The position numbers and the translations under genes were made by a program. Shown here piece after piece: positions 14,959-45,860 of a stretch of DNA of 64,000 nucleotides; position 1 is the first letter of the stretch, and the number at the start of each line of letters is the position of its first letter. The notes below the pieces were generated by a model. It was not told the origin of the DNA. It saw only the letters and a program-made list of their open reading frames with translations, and ran no database searches. This DNA is from Chrysomallon squamiferum (lineage: Eukaryota; Animalia; Mollusca). The DNA is taken from contig CM022665.1 of assembly GCA_012295275.1 (NCBI GenBank), forward strand, positions 23,498,001-23,562,000, given 5' to 3'.

Positions 14959-15014
<56 letters not shown>

Positions 15015-16511
15015 TGTATTTTATTATTATTATTTATTAACTCTTTTTTCTTCTTTATAAAACTGGTAATGGTAATTTGTTTAATTCACGCAGTGATTTA
15101 AAGAAAAGAAAAAAAAAATCATCATTAAATTTTGATAAAAGCGGTTTATTGCAAAACCGCTCATTATTCGTGTTACAATACACAAAAAAAAAAAAAAAAT
15201 AATAAAAAACAAAAACAAATATCATTAATTTCACAGATTTATAAATATTTATGCTAAAGCTGACTGGGGATATTTAATTCGGTCTCTAGATTATGTTAAA
15301 GTAATTTTTTTGCAATTATTTAAAAATGAAGCTTTATTATTTCTAAACGCCTGTACATTGGCTTGATTTAAGAAAAGTAATTTTCAAATCGAAATGAATT
15401 TCATCATCAGCTAAAAAAAAAAAAAAAAAAAAAATAATAATAATAATAACAATAATAATAATAATAATAATAAATAGAAAAACCGTTGGACTCTTCTGCT
15501 GGTCCATGTGTATTTGTAATCTGTGCGCGTGTGTTGCGCGACGACTGTTTCGTGCGTGTCTGTGCGCGGGCTAATTTTGTCATAATCTATTACGTTTTAA
15601 TTTTTAATTAATTTTAATTTTTATTATTTTATTATTATTATTATTATTGTTGTTGTTGTTGTTGTTTAATCTCTGTAATGTTGACCCGAATATTCGTTTT
15701 GAGAACCAGCACTACTGTGAATTATATGGACTAAGTCCTTTTTCTGCACATCAAGAATGAATTCAGAATTACGAAAGTTTAAATTAAAAATAATAATAAA
15801 TAAATAAATAAATAATAATAAATGCCATCCATGTAATTAAATGATAATGATTAATTTCGACATAAAGAGTAAAAAAACAAAAAAACAACAACAAACAAAC
15901 AAACAAAAAATCCCAACAAAACAACAGCAAACAAAAACATATTGGTTCGAAGTTATGAAATGCGACAGAGAAACCGAAGCTCTTTTTGTCAAATAAAACT
16001 GCAGTGGGCATTTGAAAACACCGCGATTAAAAGAGGTGGAAACTTTACACAGGTAAAAATACAGGTAGCAAGTTTGTCGCAATTTTCCTCACCGTTTTTT
16101 TTTAATTATTATTTATTTTATTTTTCATAAAAACTAGGGATTACAGTTGTCCCTTCTGTCTCTCTGAGTCAAACGCCCAGACTGATGGTATTTCTGTTAA
16201 ATAAGATATTTGACAGCAAAATCGTGGTTTAGATATAACAAGTATGTATCTCCTATCTCTTTTAATCGCAAGTATGAGCTACAAGGTTTACCGGAATGCG
16301 GACACCTGATCACTGATCGACAGGAACATATTCCACTTTCACAAACAGGACGCAGATGATCCGTGCAAGACGTGATAATGCAGTCGTCATGCTCGGTACA
16401 GATTTCGGTATTAGCGAAATCTGCACAGGAAAAAAAAAAAAAAAAAATTAAGACTGAAAAATAATTTTTTCTCCCTCTTAGTAAAAACCATCACAAAAGA
16501 TAAAAAAAAAA

Positions 16512-16557
<46 letters not shown>

Positions 16558-16870
16558 GACTTAACATTAAATACAATAAAATTAAATAAGTACATAAACA
16601 AATAAATCGTGATGTAATAAAGCTAAGATGATGAATAACGATATTTTTTCTCATCTTTATTTTAAATTAGTTAATAAATTATATTTATGTAATTTGATGT
16701 GTATTTGATTTAAATATGCATCTCTGATCCAGAGAGTTTTACGTAAAGCTCAAGACTACATGTACCAGTTTTAGTCGGAAAGAAGAAAAGCGACGATAAC
16801 AGGTAAAGGGACGTAACTGTAACTTCTCTCACTGGCGACAGAAAATGTTTTTAACAAGATAGTTTTATGA

Positions 16871-16919
<49 letters not shown>

Positions 16920-17111
16920 GTTTGAAAATAGAGAAACTATAACTGTTGTTGTTGTAAAGGAATTTTACACGTTTTAAATAAACTCGAGCAAAAATGTTTT
17001 TTTTTTAAATTGTATGTATGTATGTATGTTTAAGTTTTAGAGAGGCAACCAACCTGTAAGACAGACGAACACAAACACTAAATATAGTGTATATGAAAGT
17101 ATGTGATCCAT
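12023..17111 (-). CDS. Secreted two-domain cysteine-rich peptide, CvSI / MEROPS I84 serine protease inhibitor-like (102 aa, 14 Cys in the mature part)
   Basis: Coding exons 17111-17054, 16420-16292 and 12144-12023 are joined by phase-1 GT-AG introns. Translation: MDHILSYTLYLVFVFVCLTDFANT|EICTEHDDCIITSCTDHLRPVCESGICSCRSVIRCPHSGAVCTFRHECLSFARDCSCNLHQIHCIDQHCHCGYNYTSV*. It has a hydrophobic signal peptide and two C-x5-C...C-x4-C-x-C modules, the second ending HCIDxxCxCG. AATAAA lies at 11991-11996 on the minus strand. The family call is by recalled Cys pattern. Confidence 0.85.
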
Positions 17112-17668
17112 TGTGAACTGAAAATATGGTTCACATTACGGTGATATGTACCTTGTAGATAAACACCTGTGATATTCCCGAAATTAGTTGCAGACAATAA
17201 CAATTAAAAAGGAACACGATAACAGTCTTGAAGGCGGATAATTCGTTTATTTGTATTTGTTTAAATTTCATTCCATAATTATTGTTTGGCATATAACTCT
17301 TAATCGTATAAGGTGTGGTCTTTGTCGTAATTTTGAAGGAAGAATTTCTTTAAATTACTGGGAATTATATTTAGTAAATTCACCTAATCAGGGAATATTT
17401 AAGAGGTTTGACTCTTGCATATACGGGATCTGTGAATGAGTGAAAAAATGATTGTGGTAATCAGAGCAAGCTGTTGTGAAGCACGTCTGCGACAGTCAAG
17501 CTCTCTGACATAGGTGAGATCATTCTTGTAACCGTCTATTTTATTCTGAACGAGTTTCTCTGAGGTCAGTAGACAGGTATGTCTTAGCCCGATTATCATC
17601 TGACAGATCTAAAGGAATGTAAAGCCAAAATTATTGTTAAATGAATATACCAGCCATAAAAGATTAGC

Positions 17669-17705
<37 letters not shown>

Positions 17706-18349
17706 GGTTATAGACCTATTTCTGGCGGAGAACCAGCGATATCCATCCAAATGTCCTTCTTGATATGAAGTGTTTTATATAAATATTTGGAAAATACACA
17801 ACATCGTTTTCGTACATTAATTATTACTGAATAATCATACTTAAAGGATGCGCAAAAGTAAAAAATTAATGAGTTCATAAAATATATTACGATACACAAA
17901 TCGAGCAATGAATGGATTAGATGGTTAAAAAAAAAAAAAAAAGTCTAATAAGTCTAATTTTGGTAATATTTATTTTTGTTAGCATCAGCCTGAACTCAAA
18001 TAATGACGCAAATTTCTTTAGTTGATTTTTTTACTTTGTATTTTTAAGTGCAGACATTTATCTGAATAATTCAAGAATATAATATAGTTTATCAGCTGAA
18101 TAATATTATGACCTTTAAGCCGTCATATATACATATAAATGTATAAGGGTTAATATAGTTAAGTGCAGACATACGGTATTATATGACAAATAAATACAAG
18201 TACCAGTCTATTCTTAAAGTAGGTCAGTGACTAAAAGTATCAAACAATTTTGATATAAAATACAAATAAGAGGGAAAATCAAAAAGTGGGAAAGTAAATT
18301 TTTAAGACAGGTCATTTGAATTTTTCTGTTAGATTTAGTACTTTATTAT

Positions 18350-18353
<4 letters not shown>

Positions 18354-18443
<90 letters not shown>
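18354..18443. repeat. (AG)n microsatellite
   Basis: Perfect dinucleotide run. Confidence 0.97.
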
Positions 18444-18444
<1 letters not shown>

Positions 18445-18745
18445 AATATACTATATTATTATATAAAATATGGTCAGAAGAATTATTATGAACTAATCTG
18501 CAACGTTAGAGAAGCAAAAAGGCCATACGCTTTGCAAACTGGGTAATTTTGCATTTCACAAAAAAATCACTGGTGTGTGAAAAATGTAAGCGTTACAAAT
18601 GTAGGTCATAACTGACAGGAACTGAGTTTCAAAATAGCCAGATATGAAATAAGTTTTTAAAAAAGGTTGTACTTAATATAATTGATTTATCTCAGTTTAA
18701 TAAACTCATAAAAAAAATCAAAAATAAAAAAACAATAAACACACA

Positions 18746-18779
<34 letters not shown>

Positions 18780-19458
18780 TAAGTACATTTTAGTTTTAAG
18801 ATTGTATCCATCAACTCTAGGAAACATAAATAACCAAAAACGTATCTTCTTTTTCATTATTATTTTATGTATTTGATGCATTTTATTTGGACAATAATAA
18901 AAATTAAAACCAAGATCATTAACTGTAAGTCACAGAAACATTTACTGTTTTAATTCATTATCAATCAAAGCACCCACTAATGCTACAGTTGGTTAACAAT
19001 TTGATAATATTAAATATTCAGATTATTGTTCAAAGTATATGTTAATTTGAATTTAACAACTGAAACACACATGTAAAAAACCCACAAATATTTATGAAGA
19101 CTAAACTGAATACAATACAAAGTGTTTAAATAAACACAGTAAATAGACACTGTTAAAATGTTAATCTGAATATAACAAAATATATATCAAGATTAAATAA
19201 CTTTAACAGTCACCAGTGTATTTATAGAACAATATCTATAATCTGAAAATCATGTAATAACAATAATCAGTAGTATTTAAATTTTATAATCACTTCAGCA
19301 GTGACTGTACAGTTAAAAACAAAATAGCATGACAACTATCTGTATGTGGTGGTTCACTTGTACTTTAATAATATGAAAATAATAACCAGTCTGGAGTATC
19401 ATATCATAACAAGATAATTTTCAGTTTGTTTTAAGTTCAAATATATCATATGTTTTTT

Positions 19459-37800
<18,342 letters not shown>

Positions 37801-38009
37801 TCCGTGTAACCGATTCTGCCTTGTCCTGACGCCGACTCAGCAATAGATAAAATGGTTCAGAAGTTAGTAGCTGTTTATTAGGACAAACGTTTCGTTTCGA
37901 CGAATAACAACAACGAAGTCACCAAAGAGAGTTAACACAACTGGCTTAGGGTTAGGTCTGAAGCGGCAGCAGTGAACGAACTCACTCATCCACTCTCTCT
38001 TTCTCATTC

Positions 38010-38500
38010 ACAGTGCGATCTGCCTTAGATTATATCATGAGTTAGAAACCCTGGGATGCTCCGATCGTTAAACGACTTGTGTAAACTACAGTCAAACCTC
38101 TTTACAATATTCACAGTACGAGGCTGAGTACCAAAGTGTTTATTCTATCAAATTTATACCATATTTAAACAAAATGTATTTAAATTATCTACATTACCGA
38201 CCAACCATATATCAGGTTATTTAACTTCTGTATATGATAAATGTAAATGTAAATTTATCATTAAATGAGTTCTATTATGGTGATTTGGTTTATAAATCAC
38301 AACTCTGCAGGACACCAGTATTCAATAACAGTAAAAAACCTGTAGTATATTTCATTAATTTTGTACCAGTTTCCAGCTAATAAATATGGTATTTTGGAAA
38401 CGACAGAACTTTCTAGAAATACACACATTCTCCAATTTTCGTAGAGAGATATTCTGCTAAACACTGCGTAAGACAAAAGAAAAATACATACATACAAAAG
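38010..38500. repeat. Non-coding segment upstream of XDH-A, duplicated (diverged) at about 44835-45330
   Basis: Collinear shared blocks: atgagt(t/g)agaaac(c/a)ctgg, agtcaaac, caaatttataccatattt, atgataaatgtaaat, cagtattcaata, agtatatttcattaattttg, cgtaagacaaaa. Confidence 0.8.
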
Positions 38501-38539
38501 ATATATGTTAGTAGTAGTAGCAGTAGTAAGATGATGATG

Positions 38540-38593
<54 letters not shown>

Positions 38594-40289
38594 TTCTTTA
38601 CTGAATACCACGAAAGGAAACGATTTTACCTTAACTCGGTTTTCTTTCTAATTTTTTTCACTTCTTTGTCTTTTTCTTTTCTTTAAAAACTTTTGTATTA
38701 CTAACAGTTCTATGGAATCCTATTAAAATCGTTTACTAAAAACACATTATTTTCTCGTTACAGACGAAACCGTTGAGGTACTGTCAGCGTATGCGACAAA
38801 CGAACAAAACAAAACAAATTAAACCATATAACTTTACGGTAGACTGACAGTTTGTCACAATGACTAGTCTGACTGGTATTAATATCTTAAAGTTGGCTCT
38901 TCCCAATTAAAGGGTAGCAGACTATAATAGCGTCACGTGACAAGGTGTTAAAGATCTGAGACAGCTTAAACTACTAAATGTCTATTCTGTATACACTAGA
39001 GAACAATAATGCAAACAAGAATTGAATATAGGTAATTGTTAAATATATATATTTCACATAAATTAACCATCAATGGTAACATATAATTTAATCGTACGAT
39101 TCGAACGATACAATACAATAGCAAATAGCGTTGATAGATAATACTAAACTAATTAAGCCCAGTTGGTTACTTTAACTTTCTAACTAATCTCTTAATATTA
39201 AAATAAGTTATCTTAGTTTGTTACTTAGTTTTCAAGCGTAAGTAAGTACCACAGAATAACACAATAAAATATACAACAGTAATATATTTGGCTATCTTCT
39301 GTCAATCAACATGTATGTTAGTTATTACATAAAAAAAACCCACATAATTACCATTGCCTGAGTGGTCCTTTATCTTGAGTAGGCGACCCTCAGAAATCGT
39401 GTCGCAAGAAGGCGCACCGATCAAAAGATCTCGTTTAAAACGCGCTTTGGATATTTATAAACCTCGTGCTGGCGTTCATGGAACACCTCTGCAGACAGCC
39501 TTTCTGAATTTACTTTGCAACTTAAATGCCAATTTTGAGTTTGCTAATCTCAGTGTTTCTTAGTTCATAAAATAACGGAACTTCCCCTAATTATATAATA
39601 CTGTTTCTAAACAGCCTATGGACGTCTGCATACATTCTGCTATTTAGTTTTTGTGTAGTTACCCCCATTTCCTGACTTTAATTAGCTAAACATTTGAGAA
39701 TTGTAAAAATATGGACATATAAACATGCTTATAAACGATAGCTAAATACATGTTACTATAAAATAATAATATACTTAATATAAAATGTAGCAGACATTCT
39801 GCTTTAAATGGGCATGTAAAAATAAGTGTTTTGTGAATATTATATAATTCAATACATAGAATACAAAATTATGAATAAAAACAAGTCTGGCAAAGAGGCT
39901 CTAATGAGGAACCATCACACACCTCTACCTCACAAAGAATATTTGTCCTACTTTGAAACGTACGCAAATGTTCGCATTTTCTTGTATATGCATGTATATC
40001 ATAACACAAATACATCACGTTAGTATAATAACAAACACAGTTTTATATCACATCAACACATGATGTGATTGGTATGACAGAACCTATCTTGCAATAACAT
40101 AATACATACATTTAGATACATGAACATAATACATACACTTATATAGATATACATATATAGCAACAGAGGATATGATTAATTTAATAGAATATATTTCAAC
40201 ATGATGAAGACAGAGTATATAATATAAAACTTCATAATGTTAGGAACCATTTTGGATTTAAGCACGCGATAAACAATCGGCGATCACGT

Positions 40290-41960
40290 TACTTGCTTGG
40301 TGATGATGAGGTATTCTTGAAGTAATAAGCTCTATCTTAAAACTCTCTGGTTGGTTTTTTCGCCTCTGTGTATAAAGGTAAGCGGGTTGTGGTCGGTAAA
40401 GGCAATAATTTGATGTAGAGCTACTTCAAGTAAATCTGAAAATGTTTTAATGATTGGATCATTGCCAGTGCTTCTTTTTCAACTGTTCAATAGTTTAACT
40501 GATGGTTATCAAACTTTCGTAAAAAGTAGCTGACTGGATAGTCAAGTCCATTTTTGTCTTCTTGGAATAAGACAGCTCACGATTCTACTTGATTGGCATC
40601 ACAAGCTAGTTTAAAGGGACGGCGGTAATCAGGTGCAGCCACTATGGGATTCGACAACTTTTTTTTTTTTTTTAAGAGGTTAAATGCGTTTTTACACTCT
40701 TCCGTCCAAAGAACCATCTCTCTTTGGTATTAATATGACAGGTACTGTTCGATGGCTCGATGATTTCATGTTTTAACAGGTAATCAATTTCCGTCTTAAG
40801 AGTGGCACCTTTTTCCGGGTTTATGCGCGATGCGTATTGTTTAATGGGCGCTGCATCGTCCACTTCAACATCTCGGGTGCTCACATTCGTCACGCTTGGT
40901 GCATCTGGAAACAAAGAGTGGTGCTCTCTGATCAGCTGAGATAATTCCAATCGTTATGTGTTGTCAAGGTAAACTAGCGACGTGTCCAGGTTTTCAAGTT
41001 CTTGACTGTTTGACAGTTTGGAATCTACTGTCTCCAGGTCGTTATTTTGGATGTCTTTTGTTTGTAGTACTGGTTTTCTGTCATGATATGCTTTTAACAA
41101 ATTGACACGACAAAATCCCCGGTCAGGAGTATCTATAATGTAACCTGTGGTACTCACTTTTCGTTTAATGACATATGGTCCGAAATATTTACATTGCATA
41201 GCTTTCTTATCAAAATGGGCTTTGATTTGTATTTGTGCATGGTTAAGATGCATTTTTGCTAATTCGGTAGGTTGCCAAAGTTTTTCTTTAATTCTTGAAA
41301 CATAGTTAAGTAAATTTTCTAAACTGTTTTCCTGTAACCAACTGTTCTTAATTAACTTAAGAGGCCCCTTTGATGAGTGTCCATACACCAGTTCAAAATG
41401 GGAGAATCCTAGTGATTCTTGTTTTGAATCTCGGGCAGCAAACAGCACATAAGGCATTAACTGATCCCAGCCATTGTCATTTTCTTTACAAAAACACCTA
41501 AGCATATTTTTTAAACCTCTGTGGAAACATTCCAAAGCGCCTTGTGACTCTGGGTGGTATGCACTGCTCCGTATCTGATGTATTTCTAACAGAGCAATGA
41601 CTTGCTGGAACAATGTTAACATGAAGTTACTTCCCCTATCAGATTGAATTTCGTTAGGTAGACCGGTCATTGTAAAGGATTTAATTAACGCTTTAGTGAT
41701 TATGATCGCATTTACTTTACGCAAAGGGATAGCTTCCGGAAATCGGGTCGTTAAACACATTACCGTCAACTTTAACTTGGGCAAAGGGATGGACCCACCG
41801 GAAATAAATACCTTTTCTCCCACAACAGGAATACTTTGGGATCTTTTGGTTAGGATTCCCGTGATCTGACACACATCAAAAACACGTATCCTGACGCAAA
41901 CCAGGCCAATAAAAAATCAGTTGCCACTCTGGTATACGTTTTTGCTGTCCCCAGGTGTCC
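40290..41960 (-). pseudogene. pol remnant (integrase - truncated RT - RNase H)
   Basis: ORFs 40954-41874 and 40672-40950, plus an interrupted RNase H frame. The RT core (YxDD region) is deleted and there are in-frame stops. Confidence 0.88.
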
Positions 41961-42320
41961 AGCAGACTTTCAAGAGCTAAACTATTTTTTTTCCAATATT
42001 TGCTAGGTACTACGATTCTATTCAATCCACCGTTCTCGGGAAAACTTTTTACTTTTTCTCATCAACACATCCTTATATAGGTAATAACATTCTTTATGAG
42101 TAACTATTTTTTTTTTTTGGTAATCTATCACTTTATCCCAAACTGTTTAGTGACTTGTCCCAACATACACGCGAAATATCACACCTTACTGGTTCCTTGT
42201 CGCTTATTACTACTGGATCACGTGATCCCGACATTATCAGCCGATATGCTCAAATCCCTCTGTGCTGAATGACTTGTAAACGTTTCTGACAAATCTGGTT
42301 CTATATTGACAACTATGCAG

Positions 42321-42583
42321 CTTAAATGCCAATTTTGAGTTTGTTAATCCCAGTGTTTCTTAGTTCATAAAATAACAGAACTTCCCCTAATTATATAATA
42401 CAGCTTCTAAACAGCCGATGGACCTCTGCATACATTCTGCTATTTAGTTTTTGTGTAGTTTCCCCCATTTCCTGACATTAATTAGCTAAACATTTAAGAA
42501 TTGTAAAAATATGGATATATAAACATGCTTATAAACGATAGCTAAATACATATTACCGTAATATAATAATATACTTAATATAA
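42321..42583 (-). repeat. Partial 5' LTR copy (direct repeat of 39521-39783)
   Basis: 263-bp ungapped match at offset 2800, with about 15 substitutions by hand count. Confidence 0.9.
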
Positions 42584-42974
42584 TAAAATTAGATATAAAT
42601 TATATGTAATGTGCATTTCTAAAGACTCGCAGTAAAAAATATTCAGTTTTACGAAACTTGATATAAAACTAGGAGATAATAATAATAATAATAATAATAA
42701 TAATATATAATAATAATAATAACAACAACATCAACAGCAATAAAAATAATAATAATAATAGCAGTAAAATGCCATGTCAAATACTTACACCAACACAAAA
42801 CATGTAATACGAAAAACTCCACTTTTTTCACATGTATTTTATGCAATACACCCTCGATTTAATGAACTGAAATGGTGTAATCACTACTTCCACTACATTA
42901 TTATCTTATTATTACAACTTCTTTTAAAGAAGATGGTGCGAAAGATATTGAAGTTATGTATGACATACTTACTA

Positions 42975-43237
42975 CAGAGTGAGGATCCCTTATCCGAAAA
43001 GCCTCGAAATCCGAAGTTTATTCCGAGAAGTAAAACTAGTGAATTATTTTGCATATACAAACTTTACATTACGCATAAAATTATTTAAAATATTATATAA
43101 AAAAATCCTGCACATTATTTGTTTAAGCTGTATATGAAATATAAATAGAATTCGTATTTAGAGTTAGGAACTATTCTCAGGCAATTTCCTTACATTCCAA
43201 AATCCGAAAAACGCATTTTCGGTGCCACGATTTCAAG
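42975..43237. mobile_element. Tigger/MER46-like non-autonomous Tc1-mariner/pogo element
   Basis: TA|CAGAGTGAGGATCCCTTATCCGAAA terminus, repeated ATCCGAA motifs and internal aaaattatttaaaatattatataaaa...tgtatatgaaatataaat...tcgtatttaga resemble the recalled MER46/Tigger4 consensus. Confidence 0.65.
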
Positions 43238-43364
43238 TTGTATTATATTTCTTTTTATTGAAGTGTTAGTGGTTTCTTTTCTTTGTTTTAATTCTTGTGA
43301 GCATTTGTGTATATGTTTACAAATACGTAAAGATGTTTTAATACAAAAATAGATTTTTCCAAAT

Positions 43365-43427
<63 letters not shown>

Positions 43428-44513
43428 AAATACACGAGTAACACACAACACACACACACACACACACACAGTTTTCTTTGCGTATCTTCATAGATTTTAA
43501 ATGGTTTTTAATCAGAATTCTCCAAATCTCTGTAACAACAATCAACTATTTATGCAAGCATAAATATATGGTTGCTAATATACATACATACACGCATGCA
43601 CGTACACATACATATATACATAGATATATACACACCTTCATACATACGTACATACTGAGAGAGGGGTGAGGATTATCATTTGAATTATAACTAGAAACAC
43701 TGCAAAGATTGTTTTGATACTGCAGACAACGACGATGACAACGATTATACTACTACTACTACTACAATTACTACTACAACTATTATTACTACTACTACTG
43801 CTACTATTACTACTACTACTATTACTACTACTACTACTAATAATAGCAAATTGACGAGATGTAAACCGACGTGTCTTAACTAGACGGAATTAAATAACAT
43901 AATGATGATATGACGATGTTTGTAAAAGTTATAATTTAAGATATCGCCCTAAAAGTCATTAAATAAAGGCATTTAAAATAAATTATATTTTACCATGACT
44001 ATGCGATAAGAAAATAATTATATAAACCCTCTCCAAATATTTATATAATTAACCATGCACCTCTTCGTAGAAACTTTTAAAAGTTTTCTTTACCTAGAAC
44101 GTTAATATAAATGTATGAGATGCGCCGTATGTTTCGATTTAAACAATAAATAAATAAATAAATATAATGTTATTTCATACATCTGCGCCACGGTACATGT
44201 ATGGTGGATAATAGGTACATAATATTCACAACTACATTGTCATGAATGTTTGTCTAGACTATAAGTAAAATATAGGTGCAATTAAGAAAAAAGGACAAAC
44301 AATTGGCAGTTATATTTTTAACATCTTATCTGTACAATGAAATTAGTTACCAACGTTCAAATCACTTTTTAAGGAGTTTTCGGAGATTAAAAAATATGTA
44401 TTTATACATACCAAGAGTGAAAACAAATGAGACATATAAGAATGAAAAAAAAAAAAAAAAAAAAAAAATTTAATAATAATAATAATAATAAATCTCTCTT
44501 TTGTTGGTGTGTC

Positions 44514-44635
<122 letters not shown>

Positions 44636-44834
44636 CATTACTTCTTGCGCACAGGGGTAGTGGCTTAATTCAATTCAGGAGAGTTTCCATTTATTGAGCT
44701 GGACTGCTAATGTAATGTTTTCCCTCAGTGGCATGGTATTTTAAATATGGCAAGTGCCCTGGCATCACTTGTATGGTGCGCCACTGAAAAACACAGACAA
44801 GCCACCATCGTATAGTGAAAGCAATAACTGTCTG

Positions 44835-45330
44835 ATTGTGATTGTCTGATTATGATGAGTGAGAAACACTGGAAAGCTAAGATCATTAAACCACGAGTAT
44901 AAATTATAGTCAAACAGCCTCTTCATAACACTCTTGGTGTACTGCTCTTCCCGTTTATAAGGTAAGCATCGAAGAGTTTATTTGCCAAATTTATACCATA
45001 TTTACATCTGTATTATTATAAACCAACCAATATACACATATTATGATATTACGTTGTTTAACATTTGTGCATGATAAATGTAAATTTAAATTTATTATTA
45101 TATCACGACGATTTGTTTTATAAATTATGACATCAGTATTCAATACTGATATAAAACCCCAAGTATATTTCATTAATTTTGATTCAGTGTCAAGCCAATA
45201 TTTGAGGTATAATGTATACATATGAAAATATTTTTGAAAGAGTAGATTTTTCGCTGAATACACATTTCGATTCACGTAGATGGATCATTGAGGAAAAACT
45301 ACGTAAGACAAAAAATGTACGTATACGTAT
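44835..45330. repeat. Diverged duplicate of the XDH-A upstream region (38010-38500)
   Basis: Same collinear blocks in the same orientation as the 38.0-38.5 kb segment. Confidence 0.8.
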
Positions 45331-45404
45331 ATCGGAGCATGTAACTATGTAGTACTGGTTTGTCATAAAAAAAAATAATAATAATAATAAAAAAAAAAAA
45401 AAAT

Positions 45405-45820
45405 ATGTCGCGGAGTGCCCGTTTTAAATCAGCAACGAAAGATTTAAAAGAACTGCTGGTAAAAACGAAAGGAAAGGAAGAATCGGTTCGTAATAAGAAA
45501 TAACTCTGATTGCTAAATTAATATTCCAGGATTGTGTGCTGACCAATACCCAGAACTACATTAGCGATGGTGAGTGAGCAAGTGAATCATCACATACAAA
45601 CTCAAACGGCATGCTGATTGTTACTATAATATTCTTTCTTTATTCAGTCCTTAATGCAACGTGTCCATCAGGATTTTCATATAATTAATTAGATGTCTAA
45701 AAATGCATATATTACATAATCGTTGTAAAAGCTTTTCTGTCTAACACTGAATCAAAAAAGGCCAAACATGCATGTTTTTGTTGTTGTTTTAAATTATTTA
45801 TTTATTTATTTTTATTATTA

Positions 45821-45860
<40 letters not shown>

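Larger units (their letters stand above)
38853..42583 (-). mobile_element. Decayed Gmr1-like Ty3/Gypsy LTR retrotransposon
   Basis: Integrase (TRFPEAIPL, IQSDRGSNF, SAYHPESQGALE, GPY; 41874-41000), then RT N-terminus (PIKQ...EIIEPSNS; 40950-40730), then RNase H with stops (APDYRRPFKLACDA, TVEKEALA, FTDHNPL; about 40660-40290). A PPT-like tract at about 39920-39935 abuts a putative 3' LTR at 38853-39919 (TG...CA). Direct repeat 39521-39783 matches 42321-42583. Confidence 0.88.

Noticed and set aside
44090-44130. Possible decayed XDH exon 1 (…YINVLGK-like, followed by a GT) near the duplicated upstream segment
   Set aside because: Too short and needs frameshifts, with no start codon and no exon 2 relic.
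44726-44786. Short CAGTGGC...GCCACTG inverted repeat
   Set aside because: Only 7-bp arms and no target-site duplication. At best an unclassifiable MITE remnant.
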